DNA of 64,000 nt from Amoebidium appalachense (lineage: Eukaryota > Protista > Ichthyosporea). The notes beneath the pieces were generated by a model. The model saw nothing but the letters and a program-made list of their open reading frames with translations, did not search any database and was not told the DNA's origin. This document shows positions 47,676 through 60,837 of the stretch, piece after piece. Position numbers and translations under genes: made by a program. The stretch's first letter is position 1; every line of letters starts with the position of its first letter. Location: assembly GCA_963693365.1 (NCBI GenBank), contig CAVNZM010000016.1, forward strand, positions 4,893,149-4,957,148, given 5' to 3'.

Positions 47676-47817
47676 CTCGAGGCAAAGAGAGACCACTCGA
47701 GGCAAAGAGAGACCACTCGAGGCAAAGAGAGACCACTCGAGGCAAAGAGAGACCACTCGAGGCAAAGAGAGACCAACTCGAGGCAAAGAGAGACCACTCG
47801 AGGCAAAGAGAGACCAA
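47676..47817. repeat. 20-bp tandem repeat CTCGAGGCAAAGAGAGACCA x7
   Basis: Seven near-perfect head-to-tail copies (one with an extra A) and no spacers, ~110 bp upstream of the putative ATG at 47928. Confidence 0.95.
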
Positions 47818-47927
47818 GATATTTGCTCTATCATCTATTTGTCTGATCCGTGACTGCGTGCGCACTCTATTTACCTTCTTTTTTGCCTACACTCGTATAA
47901 ACCAACAAAGATTCAAAAACAGAGAAG

Positions 47928-48486
47928 ATGGGAGGGGGTCCCTTGTTCGGAAAAGAATCCGAGCCCCCCTCCGACTGCGAGACAGACAGGGGAGAAAGGA
48001 CACAGGATGAAGACACAGAACCACACACAACGGAGAAACCATGTTTTTGCCTTTCATGCCGCCGCAACAGAGCGGCCCCGCCTGAATCCACAGACAATGA
48101 GACGGAAGCAGAGCCCGAAACGACAGATGATGAGATTGGGCTTGCACAGAGAAATCCATGTAACCTACAGAGACCAAGATCTAGTGTGCGTGCATATGGA
48201 GGGACACGAGGTGGTTTTGGTTTTCGTCCGAAATTTCCACCTGTGTCGGAGAGAGACGACGGTTTGGGTGAGGGAACATTGAAGGTGAGTGAGATCCTGT
48301 CTTTGTGGCAGTCGAATTGGCTTGAGATTAGTATATGGTTATGATGTGGTAAGACAGCAAGTTGAATTTGAATAGAAAACACCAGGGCGTTTGCCTACAT
48401 AAACCAGTACACATCTATACACACGGAGGCACACACACACACACGCATGTGCGCGCATATACGCTTACACTCCCTGGATGTACACA

Positions 48487-48544
<58 letters not shown>

Positions 48545-48820
48545 GGTGCACTCCCCGCACATATAAACACAGAGCCCCTCCAACACCCCCTGTCAATAAA
48601 GCACACGCACACAGTGTCTGCCACATGCCAACACAGGCTCGTCCGTTACACACACACGGACGCAAAAGCCCGCGCACACAGGGTGCTCGCACACACGTTC
48701 ACCCATCAACCCCTCCCCCCACACACACACACAGACTGGCAGGGAAAGGGCGAGGGGCACGCCTACACAAGCACACACACACACACACACACAATCCTCC
48801 ATGAGCAATAAACAGGAGGA

Positions 48821-48859
<39 letters not shown>

Positions 48860-49670
48860 CTCACAAGAGCTGGGAAGGAGAACGTAGAATTGGTGTTTTT
48901 TGTGGCTTTGGGGGGAAGAGGGGGAGGGGGGGGGGGGGGGGGGGGGGGGGGATAAGGGAATAAAGTGTGGGAGGGGAACCGTGAAGTCGTTTTTTTTTTT
49001 TCTCCCTTTCAGGGCAGGGGGAGGGGGGGGGGGGGGGATGAGTGGATAAAAACAGGAGAAGAGGGGGGTGGGAGTTGGGGAGGAGGGGGGTATGCGGGGG
49101 TCGAAAACGAGCCTCTGAATACAGAGGTGGCATTCATATGCTTCCAGGCATTTAAAGAAGAACTATTCAGAAAGAAAATATCAAAGACTTCGCTGGCCTC
49201 CTTCCACCCCTTTGATGCATTTTGACTTTCGGGAATTCCTGAGGTTATAAATAAGGGAATGGAGGAATTTTAAGGGAGTCAGTTGGGTTTGGCTTTAATG
49301 GATCAGTAGTAATAGTTAGCCTTCTATTGATATTAAGAAAGACTTGTGAAGAATCCGATGAAAAAAGAATGTGCACAACATAAAAGTAACCCCCCCCCCC
49401 CCCCCCCCCCCCCCCTCAAAAAAAATATAAAAAAAATTAAAAAGAAAAGAAAAGAAAAAGAAAAGAAAGAAGGAAGAAAGAAAGACAAGGAAAAGGAAAG
49501 ACAAGGAAAAGAAAACCCTCCAATCACGGCCCATATTGTTCGCCTACAATACACATCATCAATGACTCACAACTTTCTTTGCACTTGCAGGATGGAGGTG
49601 AAGGCTTGACCGATGCCCTTTTCGGTGCTCAGAGCCCTCCTTCATCATGCAAGTACCCCTTTACCCATCA

Positions 49671-49701
<31 letters not shown>

Positions 49702-50361
49702 CCCTCCCTCCCTGCCGCAATGAAGAATATCACCAAGTTTTCATGCAAACTCTCATGGGGTTCCCAACCAATAGAAGCAGGAAGTCATCTTGGTGAATGC
49801 TTCGCCTGGGAACGGGCACTAAAACCTTCTGCTTGCTTTAATTTGCCATTCAAACCCCCCCTTCCCCGCCCCCGCACCCCCCCCCCCCCCCCCCTTAAGC
49901 TCGGGTAGTGTGGATGACTTGCCCCCCCCCCCCCCCCCCCCCCTTAGAATGGGCTCTGATTTTTGAACATACTCTGAATGTGTGGTTTGCACTCTAAGTT
50001 GTGTTGTCCGTTTGAATATGTACCTGTACTCCATAAAACATGATCCTCCCCTCCCCCTCCCCCCTCCCCTAATCCCACCCCCCATCGAGCTTTTCTGATT
50101 ATTATCCTTCCCTCCCGCCCCCTCTCTCCCCCCCGGTCTCGGGCCCTTGACTGATTAGTTGGGAATGATTAATGATTTCTAAGGTTCCACATCGTTATTG
50201 CATACAACCAAAAATACTTATCTTTACCAACATCCCAAGTTTTCTTTGCTTCGACAGAGGTTTTATTTTATCCACAATATCCACCACTCCCCGGACAAAC
50301 AAACAAGCGGGCAAGCCGGGCCAAAAAGGGGACCCAAAAAAAAAAAAAAAATCTTACCAGC

Positions 50362-50394
<33 letters not shown>

Positions 50395-50518
50395 TTCCCC
50401 CCCCCCCGTCCCCCCGCTCGTCCGCACTCACTTTGCACAGTCTATGTTTATATTCTTTTCTGCTTGTATATAAATCACTCATTTTGATGACTTTGTACTT
50501 CATGCAATAATTATTCTA

Positions 50519-50562
<44 letters not shown>

Positions 50563-53091
50563 AAAAAAAAAGTCCTCTCTGCCATTGCTCTCCCTTCTGC
50601 CACTCCCCCCCCCCATCCCCCCTGGTGTGCCTTCCTCCTTGTCCACCCGGTTCCCTCCTATACCAACGTTGTATGCTGAAAATCCAATTTCTTTGCTGTC
50701 AATAGCAACTGAAAGCTGGGTTGGATGATTTTCTTGTTTCCCGGGAGCGGGGGGGGGGGGGGGGGGGGGGGGGGGGCGGGGCGGGGATGATGCTTGAGTT
50801 CCTCCACATTCAAGATGCCCTAGCATTTTTGCTCAAGGTGTGTTATCGCTAACATGCAGATTCCTCTGGCAGTGTATACAGAGGGGTGTTTTTCATCTTA
50901 CAGGCCCGGCCGACACAATGGCACTGCTTTTTTCCTTTTTTTTCTTTTTTTTTTTTTTGGGGGGGGGGGGGGGGGGGAGGAGGAGGAGCGGGGGGGGGGG
51001 GGGGGGGGGGGGAAGAGGCGTGGGGGAGGGGGGAGGATGCAGATTGCTTGTGTATTCCCACAAGCAAGATGCCCTAGCGTACTTGCTTAACATATGTTTT
51101 TGCTAACGAGCAAATTTTCCTCTGGCAGTATATACGGAGGGGGGTTTTTCGTCCTATTTGACCGACTCAATGAATGAATCCACGCCACCCACCCCATGCA
51201 ACAGTGTCCAACTGTCCGAGGGGTCTCTTCTTCGCTGCTCAATTTTCATCAATCGAGATCCTAATTTACCGCTAGAACCCCACGCAGCCCCAAGCGCCGA
51301 ACCACACCAATCCACACAGGCACCCTTGCCACCGGGCCTTCTAAAGACCCCAGAAAACCAATCACAGGCGGAGTCTATGAATGTGGAATCACATGTGCAT
51401 GACCCACATCCAACCAAAACCGCCTATTTTGAATCAGATACAGCCATTGGTTCCGACAACAAGGAAATTTCGGGCCAAGATGAAGAACCCCACAACTCAT
51501 TCTGCCTAGTGACTGCGGAAGACGCCGACAACACACCAAAAGGCGAAATCTCAACTGGGATTGGCAAAATTACGGGAAAATCGGATGATGTCCCCGAGGA
51601 GAGCCGTTCGGATCTCTCGATCAAGACTGCCCAAGCAGCTTCAAATCCCAATTCGATTGAAGTGATTTTGGGCCAATCACAGTGCAGGAAAGATTCTTTG
51701 GTTTTGGAGCCACAACCATTGGCAGATGGCCGACTGGTCAAAAGTCACGTGGATGAATGTGACGGGGCTGCGATTGAGAGGCCGCCCCACGCCCCCCGAA
51801 GTTACCAGGACCTCAGACGCGACAGCGAATATCCAATCAGATACCACCGTTCCGAAAATGGAAATGGTTGACGTCACACATACCACTTCCGCCCAATCAC
51901 CGATCGATGATGTGAAACCTGCGGCTTCAGCGACCAACGCTAAAGGTTCAAACCGTGCTACTAAAAAGGAAAAACGAGAAATATCGGCGGAAAGCACACC
52001 TAGCAAACCGGTAATTCCGAGTAGCAAGCCCACCGAAAAACCCGAGGCACAGCCCACCGAAACATGGAGTACGGAGGGCAAATCCGGTAGTTCTGTATTG
52101 ATTATCATTATCGTGCTCGTTGTCATTTTGGTTGGCGGATTTTTTGCGTTTTTTCCGAAAGAGGCCACCCCACCAGTCAAGCCACCAACTCCGGTCGTTC
52201 AACAGAAAGCTCCCAATTCCCTTGTCGAGAAGAAAAATGTTGAAAAGGTACATCTTCCATTTCATTGTCCTCCCCCCCCCCCCCCCCCCCCTCCCCCCCT
52301 CCCCCCCCCCCCCTCCCCTCCCCCTCTCCCCCCCCCCCCCCCCCCCCTCCGCTCCCGTGTCCATTCCCTGAACGATTGGGGGCTAGTACCCACGCGGTTC
52401 CACCTTGTGCTATTTTGCTCTTTTATGTTACAATGTGTCGTTCTCCGGTCGTGTTACCTTGTAGACTTGTAGAGCCCCCCCCCCCCCCCTCCTCCCCCCA
52501 CCCGGCGGTGATTTGGAGAGTGGAGGGAGTGGGTCCTGAGAGAAAGAGAGGAGAGCCGGGGGGGTTGATAGAGGAAGAGCGAGGGGAGGGAGGGAGGGGG
52601 AGATAGAGAGCGAGAGAGGGGGGGAGGGGGGGGGGGAAGAGGGGGCAGAGGGAGAGGCAGAGGAAGGGAAGAGGGAGGGAAAAAGCGAGAGAGAAACAGA
52701 GAGAGAGAGGTGTAGTTGTGTGTGTGTGTGTATGTGTGCCTGTGTGTGTGTGTGTGTGTGTGTGTCAAGCTAACCCGTAAATCTCCTCAGCCAACAACCA
52801 AACCAATCAGAGTACCCGTTTCAGTGGCAACGGCCGCCCCTGTGCCCCCACCAATCAAATCGCTGGAATTTAGCCTAGCAACCAATCAGACGGTGATTGC
52901 TGGGGACAGCGGAGCCATTCTATTGGCCAACAGGAATTCGTTTGGTTTGAGTGCTTCTGTTAGCTGCAGGTGTGTGTACATTACATGGATTTTATGCAGT
53001 GTTGTGTGTATGTCTGTCTGTGTGTGTGTGTGTGTGTTTATGTGTGTATGTGTGTATGTGTGTGTATGTGCGCGCGCGCGGGTGTGTGTGT

Positions 53092-53129
<38 letters not shown>

Positions 53130-53947
53130 GCGTGTTGTGTCTCCCCGAATTAAAGTTCAAACACACAAACACACTCTGTTACCCCGTTTTCTCCACCCTT
53201 AACCCAGTAGCCACGCACCAATCAGTGTCCGGAACAAATTTGTTCCGAGCGGGTATCCGAATCAGATCGTCCGATTTTATCGGCTCCATTCCACCGGACA
53301 AAATTATCGTTGCCACTTTTCTTTGTTAGAAAACGTTAGAGGGGGCTGGGTAGGTACCAACGGGGCCTACAATGCCCCGTTAGCAAGCGCACTGGCCGCC
53401 ACAGTGTGGGCTGTGCTTGGTGGTTTGCGATCTCACTTTGCGTGGCTAGAGGGTTAATCCCATTACCCGATAAAGTGCTGCACACGTACGGATGGTCTAT
53501 CCTTCTGCCGCTTCCATATTCCAAAGATCGAATATCAGATCGCGATCCGATTACACCATGTTTTCTCTGCCCCGAAACCCATTTTCTAACAAATTAATAT
53601 GCACACATACAGGTGGTCTATGGAATACAAAAATGGCGATGGGAAGGTCTTCGCGGGACAATCTCTTGCGTCGGTCATCCAGTCCTCCCTGCAAACCAAT
53701 GGGTGCGAAGGGATTTTTACCAAATATGTAGAGCCGGGCTATTATACGATTACCCTGGATGCAAAGGTAAAGTGGATTCTCTCCCCCAGCCCGCCACTTT
53801 AAAATGTTTAAATAGGTTCAAAAAAAAATAGGAAGGAGGGCTGAAAAGAAGACGGGAGAAAGAAAGTTTAAAAGAAAAAGAAGAACCCAGAAAAGCAATC
53901 ACTGCTGATTTCAGTTTAAACAAGCTCAAATCACGTAAAGATGGGTG

Positions 53948-53993
<46 letters not shown>

Positions 53994-54487
53994 TAAAAGG
54001 AGTTGAAAAAATGGAAGGGTGACGAACCGAGAGGATGATAGCTGAAAGAATGAAAGAAAAAATGGCCCAAATAAGGAGGGGGGGGGGTGTGGGGGGGGTG
54101 TCAGGAAAGTAAGAAAGTGGGAAGAAAAAAAGAGCGAAAAATGAAAGCTAAGGGAGAAACAAGTAAGAAAATAAAGAAGCGTTTGAGAGGGGGAAGAAAA
54201 CTTCGAAGAATTATGTGTGACGTTTGGTCCATTAACGTCACCATATTATTCACTGATTGGCTGCTTTCCACCAATAGGATGAGAGCACAGGTTCCATTGG
54301 CCGAAAATCAGTCGGCATCTCCGTCCTGCCGTACATTGTTTTGGGTGAGTGTGCCTGTTGCCATGTGTTGGAGAACGTGTGGATGCAGGTTTGGGTATAG
54401 TGGTGGTGATGGTGGTGATGCGTGTGTGTGTTTGTGTTTGTGGGGGGGAGGGTGTGGGGAAGGGGAGGGTGTATGTTTGTTTTTTTG

Positions 54488-54523
<36 letters not shown>

Positions 54524-56589
54524 TTGGAGTGTGGGTGCATGCGTGCGTGCATACATACATACGTGCTGCATGCTTGCGTGCGTGCGAGCCCATGTTTGTC
54601 CTGATGTGTATGTCATTGTGTGTCTGTGTGTCTTTGGGGTTTGTGGGAGAGTGACACACATACCAAGTACAAAATCACGAATCCTCCCCCCCCTCCCCCC
54701 GCCTCTCCCCCTCCTCTCCACCCCCCCCCCCCCCCCCCCCCCCCGGTATCTTTTCCCACTGTCCGTCTTGTGTTCACTTTCCTCCCACCCACCCTCTTTT
54801 TTCTATTGCTTCTTTTTACAACGATACTCTGCTATGCATGTTGTGTGTATGTGGGTCCCCTTTTGCATATCCGTTTACATTCCCCTGTATGATTTTGTAC
54901 TGTATTTCATATCGTGAAACACTTCTCTCCGCCCCCCCTCCCCCCCCCCCCCCCCCCCCCCCCCCTCCACCCCCTCCCCTCTCCCCCATGGCCACCCAGG
55001 TATTGATATTGGGTCGTCATACACATGTGCTGCCGTTGTCGAACAAACATCAGACGGGGTCTCCGTAAAGGCAATTCCCCTCGGCGAGATGGTAATCAAC
55101 CCCCCCTTCCCCCCTCTCCCACACACACACACACACACACACACACGCGTGCGCGCGCACACACACACACACACACAAGCACATGCCTAACCACCAAACC
55201 ACCCACTCATTGCCCAATTGACAAACGTACTAGACAATTGAGAAAGTTTACCCCCCCCCCCCCCCCCCCCCCCCACAAAAAAAAAAACAGACAAAAAGAA
55301 AACCCGACATATATATTAAAAAGATGAGAAGTTACCCCCCCCCCTCCCCCCCCCACCCACCTACCCCACACACACACACCAAAAAAAAAAAAAAAGAAAA
55401 AAAATGTGAATCGAACGTTCACGGTACACGTAACTAATAACAAGCCGAAAATATGACAGGAAAGATTGGCATACACCACGATCTACCCATACAGTTAAAT
55501 CTTAAAAGCCATTTTAACTATTTTTAACTCATTTTAACCCAACCAGCGCTACTGCATCCCGTCGTTCGTTGCCATCGACACCAATTGTCGCCTTCTTGTC
55601 GGGGTGGATGCAAAAATGCACTCCAACGGCCAGCCAACGGCTGTGGCATTTGACTTCAAGCGGCTGATTGGTCGATCTCTGACGGAGTCCGATCTTGGTA
55701 TGTGTATCCCTGATTTCTGACTTTTGAGCAAATCGTTACATAAGCAGGTAAGTTTTACGCATGGTAATTGGAGAATCAGAGACCCCTATAGTTTGGTTTT
55801 CATTTTCTGGGCGAACGTTGAAAAAAAAAAAAACGAAGAAGGTTTGCATTATACAGATAGGTCTTGGTTTCGATATAAGAGTTATGTGTCACCTTTACCC
55901 CTTTTCACATACTCAAGGAGCACGCCTGCCCCCTCCCCCCCCCCCCCCCCCCCCCGCCCCCCTCCCCCGCCCCCAACCTCACCCCTCCCCTCCCCCCCCC
56001 CGATAATGTTCTCCACCTCTAAGGCCCTTTTGTGTTTGTATTTCCATTGCGAATTTGTATTTTACACTGCATACCACGTTTTTAACCTCCCCCCTCCCTC
56101 CGCCCTCTCCCATCACACATACAAACACACACACACACGCACACACACACACGCACACACACACAAACACACACACAGCCATCATCACCACCACCTTACC
56201 ATACAAGGTATCTCTCGGCACGGACGCCCCCACTACCCCGCTTGTTTCCCTGCGGCTTCTCAACGCATCTGCCCCCCTGCCCTGCCACCCCGGAAAGGAA
56301 CTAGGCACTGGTATGGGTGGGAAATGCCCCAATCAATGGCTGGATGATGGGCAGTTGACCGTTGCGCCGGAACAGGTATCATACTCCACTCCCCCCCCCC
56401 CCCCCCCCCCCCCCCCCCTTCGGGCTCCCTTCAAGATTGACTTACACCCATCGTAGATTTGGCATAATCACCATATATCCTGAACTTAAACATATTAGTA
56501 CAACTGCCAAATCGAAAACAATACGGATACAATCGCACCGTCACATGGGTTCATATTATGCTGACATGTTCACACATGGCACCCCTCCC

Positions 56590-56638
<49 letters not shown>

Positions 56639-56746
56639 ACACACACACACACGCACAAAACAAACAAACACACACGGGTGCCTTGAACACGCTGATGAGA
56701 TGATTCAAAAAAATGAAACAGTGACAGGTATCTATAGCTTCCAACA

Positions 56747-56781
<35 letters not shown>

Positions 56782-56918
56782 TTCCCCCCCCCCCCCCCCC
56801 CCTCCCCCCCCTCTCGCCCACTCAATCGACCCCCCAGCACACATCCAATTCGGCCCTTCTGACACGTTCTCCTGTTCCGGCATTCATTTGCGCGCGCACA
56901 CACACACACACATGTACA

Positions 56919-56963
<45 letters not shown>

Positions 56964-57874
56964 ACATGTACACGTACACACACATCCACACACACACGTA
57001 CACGTACACGTACACGTACACGTACACGTACACACACACACACACACACGTACACGTACACGTACACGTACACACACATCCACACACACACACACACACG
57101 TACACGTACACGTACACGTACACGTACACGTACACGTACACGTACACGTACACACACATCCACACACACACACACGTACACGTACACGTACACGTACACG
57201 TATACGTACACACACATCCACACACACACACACACGTACACGTACACGTACACGTACACACACATCCACACACACACGTACACACGTACACGTACACACA
57301 CACACACACGTACCCGTACACGTACACACACACACATACACACACGTACACACACACGTACACGTACACGTACACGTACACACACACACACACACGTACA
57401 CGTACACACACACATACACACACGTACACACACACGTACACGTACACACACACACACACACACACGTACACGTACACGTACACGTACACACACACACACA
57501 CACAGCTCACGGCATCTCTCCTGAGCTATGTCAAGAAGGCTGCCGAGACCACCATGGGCCGACCAATCACAGATGCCGTTGTCACAGGTACTAACCCATA
57601 CCAGTCTTATTAACCTTACTGAACACACTGTCCCCCCCCCCCCCCCCCCCCCCCTTCCCCCCTTCCCCCCTTCCTTTTTCTCCCCCCCCCCCCCCCCCCC
57701 CCCCCCTTCCCCCCCCTTCCCCCCTTCCTTCTTCCCTCAACCCCGCCTTCCCAACCCCCCCCCCCCCCCCCCCCCTCCTCCCCCCATTTCAGCTACTGAC
57801 ACGCCAGCTGATTCCCCCCTTACGGGTAGGGAGGGGGTGGGAGGAGGTGAAACGGTTGGGGGCAGGCGGAACAG

Positions 57875-57973
<99 letters not shown>

Positions 57974-58376
57974 GACAACAGAAAATGGGAGCCATGAGAG
58001 ACGGGAGAATTTGTACATATTATTTTACCGTTAGATGAGGCACAATTCTCTCCCACGAAAACGTTTCCTTTATGTCCTATTTAGGCAACCATATTGCTAC
58101 TTTTTTTATTGTTTTAGGATTATTTTAAAATAATCAGCACTGATATGCCTTGGCACTCGTGTCTTCCTGTTGAACCATTTCTAAAAATCATCCACATACC
58201 CCTTCTCCCCCCCCTCCCCCCCCCCCCCCAAAAAAAAAAAAAAAAAAAAAAAACACCTTCTCCTTTCCTCTCATTCCCAAGCACGCTTTGGTCTTATTTT
58301 TTACACTGTCCTTTCTGCTTTTGGCTCCTAATGCCCTCCTTGCCCCTTCCCCTCCGCCCCAAACACAGACACACAC

Positions 58377-58437
<61 letters not shown>

Positions 58438-58569
58438 TAGTGCCTGCTGCCTTCAATGACGCCCAAAGGAGGGCCACTCGATTGGCAGCCGAGGTGGCTG
58501 GCTTCAGCGTCAAAAGAATATTGAACGAGGTGTGTGTGTGTGTTTGTGTGTGTGCGGTTGCGTGTGGTG

Positions 58570-58602
<33 letters not shown>

Positions 58603-58643
58603 TCTTTTTCTTGGGGTGAGGGGGGGTAGGGGGTAGGGCTGTA

Positions 58644-58684
<41 letters not shown>

Positions 58685-59157
58685 GTGTGCTGGTGTGTAT
58701 GCGTCTTTGGGTGGGTGCAACCACATGTGTGTGTATGTGTGTGGATGAGGGGGGGGGGGGGGGGGGGGGGGGGGGATGCATGTGTGTGTGTGTGCGTGTG
58801 CGCGCACATGTGTGCGCGTGCGTGTGTGTGTCGGTATGCCATGGTATGTGTTTGTGTACGCGCACGTGTCACTGTTTTTTGTCTCTCTCTCTCTGTGTGT
58901 GGACGTATGTGTATGCATGTACGAATGGGTGATTGGGGCGTACAAAGGTAGGGGTATGTGGATATTGCCAAGGGTAGGTACATGTGTGTGCAGTGCATAT
59001 GCCTTTAAAGAAAGGGGATGCCATTTCTCACTGATTCTCGTGGTGTTTCTTAAATTTGACCATAAAACATTCTTTCTAGCCCACAGCAGCAGCCACGGCG
59101 TATCGTTTCTTCGATGGGAATGTGGGGTTCTCTGAAGACAAAACGGTGAACAACCCC

Positions 59158-59188
<31 letters not shown>

Positions 59189-59241
59189 ACAGCCACCACC
59201 AACACCACCACCCTGCCCCCTGCCCCAGCTACCCGCATCCT

Positions 59242-59297
<56 letters not shown>

Positions 59298-60023
59298 AAC
59301 AACAGCACCGGTACCATCTTGCCTGTGTTTTGCTGCACCTGCCACACATAGTTTCTCTTTGCAATGTATCTATAATCCTCGAAATGACCGGGAGACAAGG
59401 TGTAGAGATAGCGAGTGTGCCCGTCATCCCCCCCCCCTTCCCCCCCCGCCCCCCAGGCTCCATCATTGAGATTGGGCTCTCCTTATGTTGCATAGCCTTG
59501 ATTTTTACTTTTTCTTTGGCCATCCATTACTAAGTCTGTTGAAACTTTGCACCACGCAGTGTGTAACCTATTAATGCCCCTTCCCCTTCCGGGGCCGCGG
59601 CCGCCGCCCCACCACCACCACCGCCGCCTTGCCCCCGCGAATTTATGCGATGTAAAGAGGTCAATTCCGATTATCTATTATAGTTGTAGTTTTGCTATGC
59701 ATGAGGTGCATCTTCTCCCTTTTTTGATTGAAAATTTTTTAAAGATGAAAATAATTTACTTATCGGTACAATTTGACTGTATTCTTTTTCTGCAGTTGGT
59801 TGTGGTTTTCGATTTCGGTGGAGGGACACTGGACGTGTCCTTGGTGGAAGTCAGCAAGGGCCACTTCAGGGTATGATATTCACCCGATCAAATCGTGTGT
59901 ACCAGGGTCCCTGTGCCACGTGCATTTAGTGTTTTTTTGGGGGGCCAGGCCGAGCTTAGGCGTTTACACGGCCATCTTAGATACTGCAGGGATTTTTTTT
60001 ACCTGTTGGAGTTTTTCGTTGTT

Positions 60024-60065
<42 letters not shown>

Positions 60066-60075
60066 AAGAAAAAAC

Positions 60076-60155
<80 letters not shown>

Positions 60156-60766
60156 CATTATTATTATTATTTTTTTGGGGGGGGGGGGGGGGGGGTTCGT
60201 CCCTTTTCTTCTTCTCCTCCTCCTTTTCCTCTATCCTTTTTTTCTTTTTCTTTTCTTTTTCTTTTTTTCTTTTCTTTTTTTTTTTTTCTTTTTTTCTTTT
60301 TTTTTTGTTTTGGCAGAGTCCAAAGATAATGCTCCGACATACATATATATGCAGAACTGTAGCTTGCTGTTTTCTTTTGCTGTTGAAAAGAAACCCCTTA
60401 AGAGGTTGTCTTTCCCCTTTCTTTTACCTCTCATACTTCCGTTTTCCCTTAATTTTTCTTTTATATCTTTACTTCTCTTTTATGTCTCTTTTGCAATTAT
60501 GAGGAAAAGGGGGAGGGGGGGGGGGGGGGAGTTTGGCCGTAGCAACTAGCTATGAGTACTCCTCTGCTCTGAAATTTTTAATCTGTTATCATTTTCTCCA
60601 TATATGGCAGGTGGTGGCGACGTCGGGAGATGCCCAGCTGGGGGGGTTTGACATTGACAAGGCCTTGGCTGTTCTTGCAAAGAAAAAGTGTGTATGGTGT
60701 GGGTATTTTTATAATCTTTCAATTAAAGTCACAAGTGGAGAAACTGGTGAAAGGTTATTGCCATGA

Positions 60767-60837
<71 letters not shown>

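Noticed and set aside
47676-47817. CRISPR-like or synthetic array (units contain XhoI and BsaI sites)
   Set aside because: There are no spacers and no cas genes, and the context is eukaryotic. The restriction sites are plausibly incidental and no vector sequence is adjacent.
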